A stretch of DNA of 64,000 nucleotides from Octopus sinensis (GCF_006345805.1 NC_043006.1:75020001-75084000); one strand, 5' to 3'; shown: positions 1-13,052, counted from the stretch's first letter. Notes: generated by a model not told the origin, from the letters alone. Program-made: numbers and translations.

Positions 1-4
1 ACAT

Positions 5-97
5 ATGCATGTATGTATGTATGTATGTATGTGTATATATATATATATATATATATAACATATACTTATACATATATATTATATATATAATATATAT

Positions 98-149
<52 letters not shown>

Positions 150-177
150 TATATATTATATATATATATATATATAA
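5..177. repeat. (TATG)n/(TA)n microsatellite
   Basis: Direct reading. Confidence 0.95.
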
Positions 178-214
178 TTCAAAACCATAACTCCCCCTCT
201 GTTCACGTTCTTAC

Positions 215-261
215 AGGTAGAAAGCAACGGCGAAAATTTTCAAATTGTGATCTACTAAGAT
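215..261 (-). CDS. Weak candidate 47-nt exon
   Basis: Minus-strand acceptor tttttttttatttattcaaagccag| and donor |gtaaga. Phase-0 frame is open (ILVDHNLKIFAVAFY). No homology recognised. Confidence 0.2.
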
Positions 262-473
262 CTGGCTTTGAATAAATAAAAAAAAGTTATACCACTCCAC
301 ATAAATGTATTGAGTACGCTTTCCCTTAACTACTACCCCGTAGCTTCATTTCTCCCAGCTCTTGATGCCTGTTTACAGTCAATGATTACAGATAAAGCCA
401 TTTAACTACACCAATTTGGCCCTTCTCACTATTAAGATTTATTGGAGAATAACATCTCTTTCTCTAATCTCAC

Positions 474-851
474 CTTCCGCTTTGAGTGAAAGCTGACGAT
501 TCGCTATAGGGCGACAAACGTGGAATGAAATACATAATATGCGGTTCTTTTTGGGAGATCTTATACTTTATATCAATGAGCTCAGTCAGCCGTGTCCATC
601 TCCTTACAAAGTTTTTGTTATACGCCACGTCAACACTGAATGGCAACAAAACGTTCTTAACGATTGGGTGAATAGTTTTGAAGTTTCCTTTCACCATAAA
701 GCACACCGCCTGACTGACATGTGCCACGATGGAGAAGCTTCTACGTGGTCGCTCGACCCTCTTGAAATAATTACTATTGTTAAAACTGCGTTCTGTTGTC
801 TGAAGGACTCTGAAAAAGCAACCCAACACCTCTCGAATGGAATTATACGGT
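474..851 (-). CDS. Candidate 378-nt symmetric (phase 2-2) internal exon, unknown protein
   Basis: Branch-like ttctaac, acceptor cattcag|, open frame PYNSIREVLGCFFRV...KEPHIMYFIPRLSPYSESSAFTQSG, donor AAG|GTGAGA. Length is a multiple of 3. The exact antisense frame is also open, so strand is unresolved. Confidence 0.4.
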
Positions 852-2036
852 CTGAATGTGGCTCAAAGAGGTTGATTGGTGTGTTAGAAATAGTAGGCGA
901 ATATCCCTCAGATCACATCGTCCCGGAGACTCAGGGAATCGCAAAGCGCTCACTCACTCTGCTGGAAATTGTAGCTAAATTTCCTTCAAATCACAGCCTA
1001 CATTCTGAAGGATCCTCAGCGCTGCCGGTTAACGTGCAAAAAACAGCAACCAACTCTCCTTCAACTCAGGCCTTGTAGCTTGACAGAGCTTCAACCAGGT
1101 CGCTCTACCTACAAGAAATGGAAGACGACTCTCCGCACAAATCACATCCAATAGCTTTAAACAAGGAAGGACAAATGAAATGATGTAACAACCCTAAATA
1201 TCTTTAAAATTACGGTTAGCAAATCATTGATTTCCTTCATCAAGGTGAACTTGGAGCTTATTTTAGCTCTTTATTTTAGCGAATCTGAAAAGATAAAAAG
1301 CAAAGTAATCATCAACAGAATTTGAACTCAGAACAGAAAGCCAGAAGAAATGCCGCCAGGTATTTTGGTCCTACATGCTAACCATTCTGCCAGTTCTCCG
1401 CTTGGAACTTACTTTAAAGAGACTGGAATGAGACCAGAACGCCTACTGTTCACCACCTCTTTTAAAAATAACTATCTTTGTGCTAAAATGATGGAAATCT
1501 ATAATTTATATACATAATTTGTTGTATTAATCTGTTGCCTTATGTGCGTAATAATCTATCCCTTTTATGTTTCTTTTCTGGAGAGGTCAACCCAAAGGCA
1601 AACGTTTTTAAACACTTATAAATATTCAAACGTGTCATTCCAGAGAGGAGACACAATTCTACGTAAGACAAAAATGTTAACTACAAGAGTGAATACATTT
1701 GATTATTGGAAACAAAATAAGAATGAATAAAATATCTATATGCAATTTCAGTGTGTGTCTGTGTCATTCGATCCTAATCATAAAGACTTTATAATAATAG
1801 CGACCCTTTGTTACCAGGTGTCATGAGAAAACGTAGTCTATTCTGTTCTCATACTGTTATTAATTCAATTGTAAATATAACTTCTGAATCTGTTTACTGT
1901 GACACTGACAGATCCGCCATATTGTGTTCATTTATTTTTTCGAATTACGTAATTTTTCATCATTCGTTTTCTTTGTATATTATTTGGGCGCGTGTATTTA
2001 TGTATCGAATGAATATAACTCATACACAACCCCACC

Positions 2037-2067
<31 letters not shown>

Positions 2068-2100
2068 TGTATGTATGTATGTATGTATGTGCATATATAT

Positions 2101-2135
<35 letters not shown>

Positions 2136-2457
2136 AAAACACGCAAGTTTGTTTATACAATATTTAGTTGCATCATCTTACGGGCATTTCATTGACGATG
2201 AATAATTATAATTTAATCAATTATATAAAAGAAAATCTATTTATCTGATTGCATTGTCAAATATTCAGAGAGAGCTTAACATTCATAGTAATCTTTGGTA
2301 TCCATACAAGGTAGACGACAGAGTTGTATTTACTACAATGATTGTGAATGTACGTATGTGTATGTGTGTTTGTGTGTGTGTGTGCGCGCGCGCCCATAGC
2401 TATCTGTCTGTCTATATGTATGCATGTATATATGTATATTTGTATGTATGTATTCAT

Positions 2458-2697
2458 TTGTCTTATTCATTGGACTAAGGCCATGTTGGAGCAGCGACTT
2501 AGAGACCATAGAGGAACAAATAGAGCCCCACCTACTTATTTGAAGTTTAGTACTTATTCTATGGGTGTCTTTTTGTCGAATACTAAGTAACGGGGATACA
2601 TAAATCAACAACGGTTGTCAAGCGGTGAGAGGTCAAATACAATTACCCCCACACTTTCATATACACGCATACATAAGTACATACATACATACGTACA

Positions 2698-2731
<34 letters not shown>

Positions 2732-2776
2732 GACACTTATATACATACATACATACATACATACATACATAGACAC

Positions 2777-2807
<31 letters not shown>

Positions 2808-2921
2808 CATACATACATACGTACATACATACATAAGTACATACATACATACATACGTACATACATACATGCATACATACATACATAAGTACATACATAC
2901 ATACATACATACATACATACA

Positions 2922-2953
<32 letters not shown>

Positions 2954-3068
2954 CGACGAACTTCGGCTCACTTTACGCCCACAAAATTCACTCCTATGGA
3001 ATTGGCCAGCCCGGGGCTCTGGTGGAAGGCACTTGTCCAAGGTGCACATGGTTTCAGAACTATGGCTG
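2458..3068 (-). mobile_element. Family M SINE (tRNA-like head, CORE-like CCTTGGGCAAGTGTCTT, internal microsatellite; here ~290 bp TACA)
   Basis: Homologous to copies at 11753, 16990, 27074, 51653, 56145 and 60741. Confidence 0.8.
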
Positions 3069-4029
3069 TACCTTTAGCTAGGAACGTGTGAGGTTAGTTT
3101 TCCTAACCTCAGTTTGTTTAATATGTTACGTTGCTTTCGTTCAGTAACGCATTCAAGGACGTTTTTGAAAACGAACAGATTCACCAAGATGACCGAAAAC
3201 AGATAACAGTTGGCGGTGGAAAATTAGCAAATGTTCCCGTTCAACTTAATTTGTAAAAATGATGTTCTATCCATGATAAAAATAATGGTCAACGTAACAA
3301 AATAAATACACGAATATAATTAAATTTTAAAACAGAATATAACTATGAAGCTACCGCCTGTTATGAGAAAACATTTTAAATTCCTCGGCCAGATGTTTTT
3401 GCTTGGTTACAAAAATTACCCAATGTCAATAATTCTTAAATGATGTAAATATGTGGATATGTATGTATGTGTAAATGTGTGTGAGTGTGTAAGTGTGAGT
3501 TTGTGTTTTATTATCTTAAACCTTACTGTAATCAGTATCAACGTTATCATTGCATTGCAAAAAAAATAAAATTTCGTGAAACCGTTACTAAGTTATTCTT
3601 TGATAACTGATAATATTTCATTCCAAATGTACGTTTACTGATGAGGTCGCATTTTTGTTTGATAGTGCGTTCATTTTTCTTTTCTTCTTTTTCATGTTAA
3701 TTCCCAATTAACACATTTTTTTTCAGTAATTATCTGTTATAATATGTACTACATCGGTAGCCATATGACGCATTTAATTATTAAAATAAATAAACAATAA
3801 AAGTTTCTGGGAAAAATAGAAAAACAAAACTGAAAAAAAAAATAATAATAAGCGAAATAATTGTTTCTACTTTAGTCACAGTACCAGCAATTTTGAGAAG
3901 AGAGTACCATTGGGTTACGTTGGCTTCAGTATTTTACTGGTTCGAGGAGGTGAGCTGGCAGAATTGTTTTGCAGCCCGAGTCGCAAACAGTTTTTCTCAC
4001 GAGAGTTCTGGACCCCAGTGAAAGACTAG

Positions 4030-4180
4030 CTTCTTTCAGTCTCCGTCTACCAAATCTTACTACAAGCATTAGGTCGCCCCGAAGCTATAGCAGAAGACAC
4101 TTGTCCAAGGTGCCAAGCGGTGGGACTGAATCCGGAACCATGTAGTTGGGAAGTTAGCTTCTTACCACGCAGCTATGCCT
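4030..4180 (-). mobile_element. Family M SINE 5' half
   Basis: Matches the head of other family M copies. Confidence 0.75.
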
Positions 4181-4744
4181 AGTAATTTTTCGCAAAAAGA
4201 AGATTCATTGAGGATTTTTCCTTTTTATGTTGTTTATATGCCTGGTTCAATATTTTACAAGACTTTATCCATTAAAACTTATCAAAACTTCAAAATTTGC
4301 ATGTCAGCCAAATTCATTCATGAGGCATCGGTTGACCCGGGGCTTTAGTAGAAGTTACCCCGCAGTGGGAGTGGGACCGAACGCGAAACCACACGATTGT
4401 AAAACGAGTTCCTTAACCACACAGCAATGTCAGTGCCTGTTGAACTAGTTAAACATAATATGCTAAATTCACTGATAAACTGACAATAAATGATTTGTCC
4501 ACAATGACAATACAGTTTAGACAATGACATCACACGTAAATAAAATCTAGTTTAATTTTGTCTTGTCTTCACTAAAATTATGCTGCAATAAAAATAAACC
4601 TGCATTAACTCTATCGTTTATTGAAGTTTTCCTGTGACTATTTTTTTAATGTATATGTTATTTCTTAATGTATATGAAAGACTTGGTCAGATAGCAGTGT
4701 GAACAGATACTAAAAATGGTGTATAAATAAGGTGTAAATAAATA

Positions 4745-5540
4745 CAGGGTAAGCCAAAAGTAGGTTTGCAGTTATCACGTAGGCACTCTAAATTTCTTTC
4801 AAAACATTTGATTACATTTAAATTTCTATCTTGCAAATTGAAAAGGGAGCTTGACAAAATTAACTATTGGGTTGTCCGGAAAGTTCGTGCCGATTTATAG
4901 TAAATTACCTTTCGACTTATTTTAGAACATGGTTGAGTCCATAAAATATGATTTGACTACACCTCCATTTAGAGAACAGTTTAAGCTATCTTCTCGTGGA
5001 AGAAGGTTTATGTTCCTATAACTTTTGTTAATTCTGTAACCCTTTAAAATAGAAGATAAGAAAGTTGATTTTCGGCACTTAATGCTTTGGAAACCAGGCA
5101 AAAATTGCTGCAGCTCGACTGGGATGTGTTACCCCACCCTCCATATTCACCAGATATTGCTTCTTCGAATTTCCACTTATTCTGGTCTCTGCAGTATAGT
5201 CTTAATGGTAAAAATTTCAATTCCTTGGATGACGTAATAAGATACCTTGATGAATTATTTACCATGAAACCACCTCACTTCTGGGAAGAGGGGTATTTTC
5301 AAGTTAAAGGAAAGATGGAGGCGCATTGAGCAACAAAATGGTTCGTATTTGGTTGATTAAAAATATAACGGCAAGTATTTATTGACCTTTTTCTTGCCTT
5401 TAAAAATCGACAGGAACTTTCCGGACAACCCAATAAATAATGGCTTCAAATTTTTTTTTTATAATTAAGGTCTGAACTGTTAATAAATGAATGCGAAAGC
5501 GATAGTTGAAAAACTGTAAACCCTCTTTGGGGCCACCCTG
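4745..5540. mobile_element. Old Tc1/mariner-type MITE (host of nested mariner)
   Basis: TA|CAGGGT...ACCCTG|TA ends; 29-bp inverted repeats with 22/29 matches. Confidence 0.65.
4867..5433 (+). mobile_element. Internally deleted mariner transposon
   Basis: ~30-bp TIRs TTGGGTTGTCCGGAAAGTTC.., TA duplication, and transposase C-terminus 5087-5329 with WDVLPHPPYSPDIA (YSPDL motif). Confidence 0.93.
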
Positions 5541-5660
5541 TATAGGACGATGTATATTTGTATAATAAAGGTTCGTCGTGAAACATTATTGCGTTCTTAT
5601 TCTGAATTTTTGTTGCTTGAGATTTCAATGTGATGAGCAATCTGTGTGAAAATAGTTGTA

Positions 5661-5909
5661 ACCTGCCTTCCTTCCCGAGTTATATAGGGTACTCATAGGG
5701 TCGGTTTCCTCGGTGTCCGTGCCGTATATATCCCCCACCTGGACAGGACACCGGTCTGTCGCAGAATTACTCATTTTTGTCAGCCGTGTTGACTAGTGCT
5801 ATGTGAAATGAAGTATTTTGCTCAAGAACACAACATGTCACCCACTTCAGGAATCGAAACCACAATCTTACGATCATGAGTCCATCACCCCCTAACCACT
5901 AAGCCACAC
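5661..5909 (-). mobile_element. SINE head H2 + tail C
   Basis: A box TGGCTTAGTGG, B box GTTTCGATTCC, core TTCTTGAGCAAAATACTTCATTTCAC, tail CTGCGACAGACCGGTGTCCTGTCCAGG. A second head-only copy lies at 5911-6035. Confidence 0.8.
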
Positions 5910-6744
5910 TGAGTGGAATGCAGCAATGTGAAATGAAGTGTTTTGCTCAAGAGCACAACGTGTTTCCCGGTCCTGGAATCGAAACCATAATCTTACGATC
6001 ATGAGTCCAACATCCCCTAACCACTAAGCCACGCACATACACATGTGTGAAAGTACTTAGGTTAAAACGTTTGTTTATAAGACGTTAGTAGTACTGTGTG
6101 GAGGCGCGTAGCTTAGGGATTATGGGTGTTGCACTCATCATTGCGTTGCTCCGCGACTGCTCCGGCATTTGGTGCGTGGCCCACTTGAACACTATGATAG
6201 GCAATGTCTGTTTGATGGAGAGTGTGAGTGAGATCATCTGCGCAGTTTGTTCAGCAACAAATTGCAGAATCATCTTTCTTGGACTCCAGAGACTGCCAAC
6301 GAAATTGTAGTACTGTACGCATGAACTGAACATCTTTTTTCTGTCCACCCCCACTTCTTTTTTGCTATTTGACGTGCAGTTTATTCTTTTATTCGTTTGG
6401 TGGATAGGATAAGTCGATTTACATCGACCCCAATGCTCAACTGGTACTTATTTTATCGACCTCGAAAGGATGAACGGCAAAGTCAACCACGGCGGAATTT
6501 GAACTCAGAACGTAAAGACAGACGAAATGGCTGCTATGCATTTTGTCCGACGTGCTAGTGATTCTGCCAGCTCGACCCCTTAACGTGGATAAATACTGGA
6601 TTCAAATTTTGGCACAAGTAATGTACCCACACATTAATACATAAACATGCACGCGCACGTGTGTGCAGGTGTGTGTGCGGAAAATATTTTCTGTGTACCT
6701 CGCTAGTCAACTATATGCAGATATATAGCATATTGGGCCCTTGA

Positions 6745-7225
6745 CTTCCGGTGGCGAGGAGGAGAAAAGAGAAGAAGAAGAAGAAGAAGAGAAGAAGAAG
6801 AAGAAGAAGAAGAAGAAGAAAACGAAGAAGAAGAAGAAAACGAAGAAGAAAACGAAGAAGAAGAAGAAGAAGAAGAAGAAAACGAAGAAGAAGAAGAAGA
6901 AGAAGAAGAAGACGAAGGGTGGAGAAGGATGATGACGATAGAGATGATGGATAGGAGGGGAGAAGACGAGGGGGAGGAGGAGATGGAAGAAGGAAAAGAA
7001 GAGGGGAGGAGGAGGAGGACGACGACGACGACGATAATGATGATGGGAGGAGGGGAGAAGAGGAGAAAGAAGGGGTGAGTCAGGAGGTGAAGGAAACGAA
7101 GAAGAAGAAGAAGAAGAAGAAGAAGAAGAAGAAGAAGAAGAAGAGAGGAGGATGATGACGACGATAATGATGGTGGGAGGAGAGGAGAAGGAAGGGGTGA
7201 GGAAGAAAGTGGGGGAGACAAAGTA
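6745..7225 (+). repeat. Polypurine (GAA)n/(GGA)n tract
   Basis: Direct reading; nearly pyrimidine-free on the + strand. Confidence 0.95.
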
Positions 7226-7340
7226 GAAGAAGAAGAAAAAGTATTCGGCCTAAGGATTGGTATGGTAGGTTATATATTAATCCCCATTCTCTGACATGAT
7301 GACATCAAAGTTGACCTAGATGGGATTTGTACCGGAACAA

Positions 7341-7660
7341 ATATTACAAGGTATTTAATCCGACTCCCTAATGACTAGTCAATTACGCCCCTAATATATA
7401 TACTCACGTATGTATGTCTATATGCACGTTCGTATGTTTGTATGAAAGTGTATGCGTGCATGTATGTGTGATGTATGCATGGATGGTGTATGTTTGTTTG
7501 TATGTATGTATGCATGTATGTATGTATGTATGTATGTATGTATGTATATGAGTGTGTGTATGTATGTGTATGTATATAAGCATGCATGTATTTATGTGTG
7601 TGTATGTATGTACGAATGTATGCACACACATAATCCCCATTGTCACACACATATATTGTT
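7341..7660 (-). repeat. Left arm of inverted pair (TACA-rich element)
   Basis: Reverse complement of 9955-10347, including GGGGCGTAATTGACTAGTCATTAGGGAGTCGGATTAAATAC. Confidence 0.8.
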
Positions 7661-7790
7661 ACTTTCAATCGGCAGAAGTTATAAAGTGACTCGAAGGCTG
7701 AAAGTTTCGTTTATGACACTTAGCAATGCCGTGCACGAAACCTTTCGACCATTGAGTCTCAGTACAACTCCTGACGATTCAAAACAACAA

Positions 7791-7885
<95 letters not shown>

Positions 7886-8032
7886 GCATATATACATACA
7901 AAAACGCACACACATATACACACACACATTTTCATATATTGATTTTCATTTATCTTCTGTGTGTGTATGTATGTGTGTATGTGTATCTGTGCTTGTGTGT
8001 GCGCCTATCTTTCTATTATATATAAACACACA

Positions 8033-8133
<101 letters not shown>

Positions 8134-9954
8134 CACACACACAAATGTATGTATATAAACATCATAATTACGCACGCACACACATTGCATTACAAATATG
8201 CACGCATTCTTTAATATATCGTTCAATGTGGCTGCAGCAGAGGAAATTAATCTCCTTTATAATTATTTCCTATGATAATCTCACTTTAGATATCAGTTTC
8301 CAATCACATGATGGTTTTCTTCATTGTCGGCCACAAATCAAAATCCATATGAAATCCAATAAAATATATGAATGATTTGCAACTGTCTGTCTGATTGGCA
8401 AGGTTTCACCTTGCAATTACCACCTCAACCACTAAACTCGCAAGCCAACTCGTGTCCTCTCTACCTATCTTTTATCGCAACAACAACGACCTTCCTCCCT
8501 CCCTCTGTGTCCCCTATTTCTTTCCTACCTCTCTCTGTTCTTCCTTCTCGTCTCTCTTTGCCCTTAAACAGTATACCGCCTCCGTCTATGGCCGCTGGTC
8601 GCATACACCTCTCCCTCGTCGTTTTTTTTTTTACTTCGAACATCTCACAGTCTTACTTCTTATTCTTTACGTCATTCTATCTTTATAAAACTGCATATTA
8701 TGCTATGGAAACATGTTTTCTCTCCGACTACTGATTTCCAGCAGTTCAAAGTCAACACAAACCGTATTAATTTCACATATTTATTCATATAATCTTTTTC
8801 AGAAATAGGTTGAGAAAACGTATTCTTTTTTGCGTCTAAAGCACGGTGCATATTAATAAATAGTAAAAATGCATTGCAATCGCTCTGTGCTCAATTTCTT
8901 GGCTCAAAATAGAACCATTATCATAAAATAGAGTCCGCTGTCAATCACGAACAATTATGGCTTGGTGATACGTACCACGCTTCGCTAATTGCTTTAGGTG
9001 CTTAAATAGTAGAGCAGGCATGGACATTATCTCGGCTTCTTCACCCTTGACCCGACCTAGCAGAGCATCTAGGATATTACAACTTGAGTGAGGGCTGCAT
9101 CAACACTTGGCTTGTACTCATTATAGCAAGAGAGAGCAACGTGAAAGGAAGTGCCTTGCTGAAGGGCACAAACGCGCTATTCGATCCAGACTTCTCGGGC
9201 CATACAACTCGTGAGCTCAACTCCTGGGCGGGGCGTCACTTTGTGCTCTTGAGAAAGGTACTTCATTTCAAGTTGCTCCAGTCTACTAATGAGTCCCAAC
9301 TGGGTGCTGCCACAGCTCTCTCTCCCTCAAGCGGTCACATGTTTGATGTTCCACTGGATCAAGGTGTTCTATTTCTGCTCTTGACTATTTAGGTCCCCAA
9401 AACAATTAGCAAAATTATGGTACACATCAAACTATACTGCTCTCTAGTGATGGCTGGATGAACTATTACCTAATAACACTTTTCATTTTCCAAAATGGTT
9501 AGGAGTGATTTGAAGGAATTTGGCTGCTATTGCTTTCAGGTTTAGAAACTAGTTAAAACTTACCCCATTAACTCAGTTCCTATTCTTTTTTCTTGTTAGG
9601 ATATTCCATTGATGGGATAATAGTAATCACTTGAGTGTACGCATTGGTTCAAATCCCGCTGTGGTTGACTTTGCCTTTCATCCTTTTGAGGTCGATAAAA
9701 AAGTACCAGTTAAGCACTGGGATCGATGTAATCAACTTATCCTACCCACCAAAAATTACTGGCCCTTAAAATCACATAAAGCTGGAGCAAATTAACACCA
9801 AATATATAGTGCGTGAGTATTTATTGGCTAAAGTGGCAAAATGTCTAAAAAAAAATTCACCTGGTTGCTATGTTGGGCTTCTCATAAGCAAATTTTGTCT
9901 CCGACGCTCACTACTATAGTCTAATTTCAATCCATCCAGACACTCTCTCCCGCT

Positions 9955-10347
9955 CAATGGGATTCTATAATAACTTACTTTATATATACAATATGCTTAT
10001 ATACATACACATACATACACACACACTCATATACATACATAAATACATGCACAGACTCATATACATACATACAAACACACCATCCATGCATACATACATA
10101 CATACATACATGCATACATACATACATACATACATACATACATACATACATACATGCATGCATACATACATACATGCATGCATGCATACATATATACATA
10201 CATACATGCATACATACATACATACATACATACATACATACATACATACATACATACATACATACATACATACATACGTGTGTATATATATAAGGGGCGT
10301 AATTGACTAGTCATTAGGGAGTCGGATTAAATACACTTTTGTAATGT
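9955..10347 (+). repeat. Right arm of inverted pair
   Basis: See 7341-7660. Confidence 0.8.
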
Positions 10348-10849
10348 TTTGTAATGTACTGCCAGATTGCATAAAATATTACATGCATTATTGAATTAAA
10401 CACTTTTTCTCCTGAATATGCACTGTTTGAATTTGGGTTGCGTCCATTCGTGTGTCAGTAATGCCAACAAATTACGGTATATCAGAAACAACGAAATTTG
10501 GAATTACACGTTACATATATTTGGCTTCTGCAGAAAGTTATTTGAGGAATGGAGTATCTCAAAACACTATTCAGCATGTCATGTTTCAGATGAAATATCG
10601 CTTATGTCAGCAATTCTAAAGAATGAACGCATTTTCTCGTCTTCGTGACATAGTGAGTCTCGGAAACTTCACAGGCAACCATCATTTTGCACCACAAGCT
10701 TCAACCTCCCAGCCCAACCATAAACAGACTCCAATAACCTCTCAGTACACTCCTTGATGTTGACACCCTTAACATAGGACAAATCTACGGATTCCAGACG
10801 AGAAGTTGTTTTCCTCTGAAAATTTCTTTGTCATTATTTGCAGTGATAT

Positions 10850-11051
10850 CAAGGCGGCGAGCTGGCAGAAACGTTAGCACACCAGGTGAAATGCTTAGCA
10901 GTATATCGTCTGTGTTCAAATTCCGCCGAGGCCAACTTTACCTTTCATCCTTTCGGGGTCGATAAATTAAGTACCAGTTGCGTACTGGGGTCGATCTAAT
11001 CGACTGGCTCCCTCCCCGAAAATTTCGAGACTTGTGCCTAGAGCAGAAAAG
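10850..11051 (+). mobile_element. Family N (Nin/Deu-core) SINE monomer
   Basis: Core GCCTTTCATCCTTTCGGGGTCGATAAATTAAGTACC and B box GTTCAAATTCC; 17-bp TSD ATTATTTGCAGTGATAT at 10833-10849 and 11052-11068. Confidence 0.88.
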
Positions 11052-11339
11052 ATTATTTGCAGTGATATTTTCCTTATTGTTGGGTTTCAAGATGTTAAAT
11101 TAATCTAAGACTGTTAATGTTATACAAATGTTACTGTATTTCACGGCATATCAAGACGTACTTTTATATTCCCAAAATGTCTCGTAATCTCCCCGGGTCC
11201 TATAATGGAAGGTGAGCCTATATTACATGCTTTAATGCAATAAAAACCCTTTGTTCTGAATACCTGCAACTGAATTTGAAGTTTGTCTAATTTTCCCGTG
11301 TCTTTTATACCATTAAACGTGGTAACTAATATAGGACTG

Positions 11340-11710
11340 TTAATGTTATTTATCCAACCATCTTATTCGCCCGTTGTTTCTGGGAGGGTCATGGAAGAGG
11401 GGTCCTTTAGCATCTCCTCCATAGGATCCTATCAGAAACAACTGTCATTACACTTTCCGGTTTAATACCTAAGCGTGACCAATAAAGACTACAGATATTA
11501 TCCACCCATCTCGTTCATGGTCTACAACTAGGTCTCCTGCCCAATGGCTTGGCTTGAAGAATCCATCTTGCGATTCTTTCCTATGATATTCTAATCACAT
11601 GTCCGTAATTCCGGAATCGTAGCGGCTCGACCTGGAGAGAATCCCTGATTTCCGAGGTATGTACCTTGTTGAGTAACATTACTCCAGCAATGCTTACGAA
11701 ATCTACAACG
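11340..11710 (-). mobile_element. RTE-type LINE 3' fragment (decayed)
   Basis: Translates to RSIAGVMLLNKVHTSEIRDSLQVEPL..YGHVIRI..ARWILQAKPLGRRP..RP.TRW; homologous to 44540-45070. Confidence 0.8.
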
Positions 11711-11752
11711 TTAAATAAACAAAAGGTTGTTAATGGCTGTGTGATAAACATA

Positions 11753-11924
11753 GGCGCAGGAGTGACTGTTTGGTAAGTAGCTTGCTTACCAACTACATGG
11801 TTTCGGGTTCATTCCCACTGCGTGGCACCTTGGCCTGGTGTCTTCTACTATAGCCTCGGGCCGACCAAAGCCTTTTGAGTGGATTTGGTAGATGGAAACT
11901 GAAAGAAGCCCATCGTATATATAT

Positions 11925-11967
<43 letters not shown>

Positions 11968-12003
11968 TATAATATATATACCTATATATATATATGTACA
12001 TAT

Positions 12004-12035
<32 letters not shown>

Positions 12036-12250
12036 CCTATATATATATATATATATAATATATATAATATATATATATATAAATTGAGGGAGATAAATTA
12101 ATATTAATTTTAATATCAATTTAAAACCAGTAGTCCAGCATTCAAAAAATATATATATATATATATAAGTTACGGGAACGTAAACACACCACCATCGGTT
12201 GTCAAGCGATGTTTGGTGGACAAACACAGAAACACATATGCACACATACA

Positions 12251-12302
<52 letters not shown>

Positions 12303-12367
12303 CATGTTATATATATACATATATATATATATGTATATATGTATATATATTTCATGTATATATATAC

Positions 12368-12438
<71 letters not shown>

Positions 12439-12660
12439 TGTATTTGTGCATATGTGTTTCTGTGTTTGTCCACCAAACATCGCTTGACAACCGATGGTGG
12501 TGTGTTTACGTTCCCGTAACTTAGCGGTTCGGCAAAAGAGACCGACAGAATAAGTACTATGTTTACAAAGAAAAAGACATGGGGTCGATTTGCGCGACTA
12601 AAGGCGGTGCTCCAGCATGGCCGCAGTCAAATGACTGAATCAAGTAAAAGAGTAAAAGAG
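11753..12660 (+). mobile_element. Family M SINE with internal inverted duplication
   Basis: Full head and tail; foldback at 12166-12523. Confidence 0.85.
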
Positions 12661-13052
12661 TATTAGTTACTAGTTACTATAAGGCTGTTTAATCCTATGT
12701 TAATGTTAAATTAATACAAAGTTGTTAACGTTATGCTAATATTAAATTAAGATGACTGTTAATGCTTTAATGTTATTCTAATGCTAATTAAGACAAGGCT
12801 ATTAATGTTACGTTTCTATTAATTAATACAAAGCTGTTAATGTTATGCAAATAGTTGCGTTGCATACGTGATTATTTATTTTCTTATATATGGCGGTGAG
12901 GGAAAATTGGAACAATGAACTGGTGAAATGAGAAAATAAAAGCTTGAGAAATACAGACTTATACACACGTATATGCATGCATACATACATACATACATAC
13001 ATACATACATACATACATACATACATACATACATGCATGCATGCATAAAAAA

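Noticed and set aside
3145-3256. Plus-strand terminal exon NAFKDVFENEQ...QLNL*
   Set aside because: Short frame, modest acceptor, no homology or partner exon.
3638-3680. CTGATGA as a second hammerhead (also minus strand at ~43765, ~44005, ~45790)
   Set aside because: No proper stem II followed by GAAA and stems I/III.
9084-9392. 102-aa ORF
   Set aside because: Runs across two decayed, oppositely oriented H2 SINE cores.
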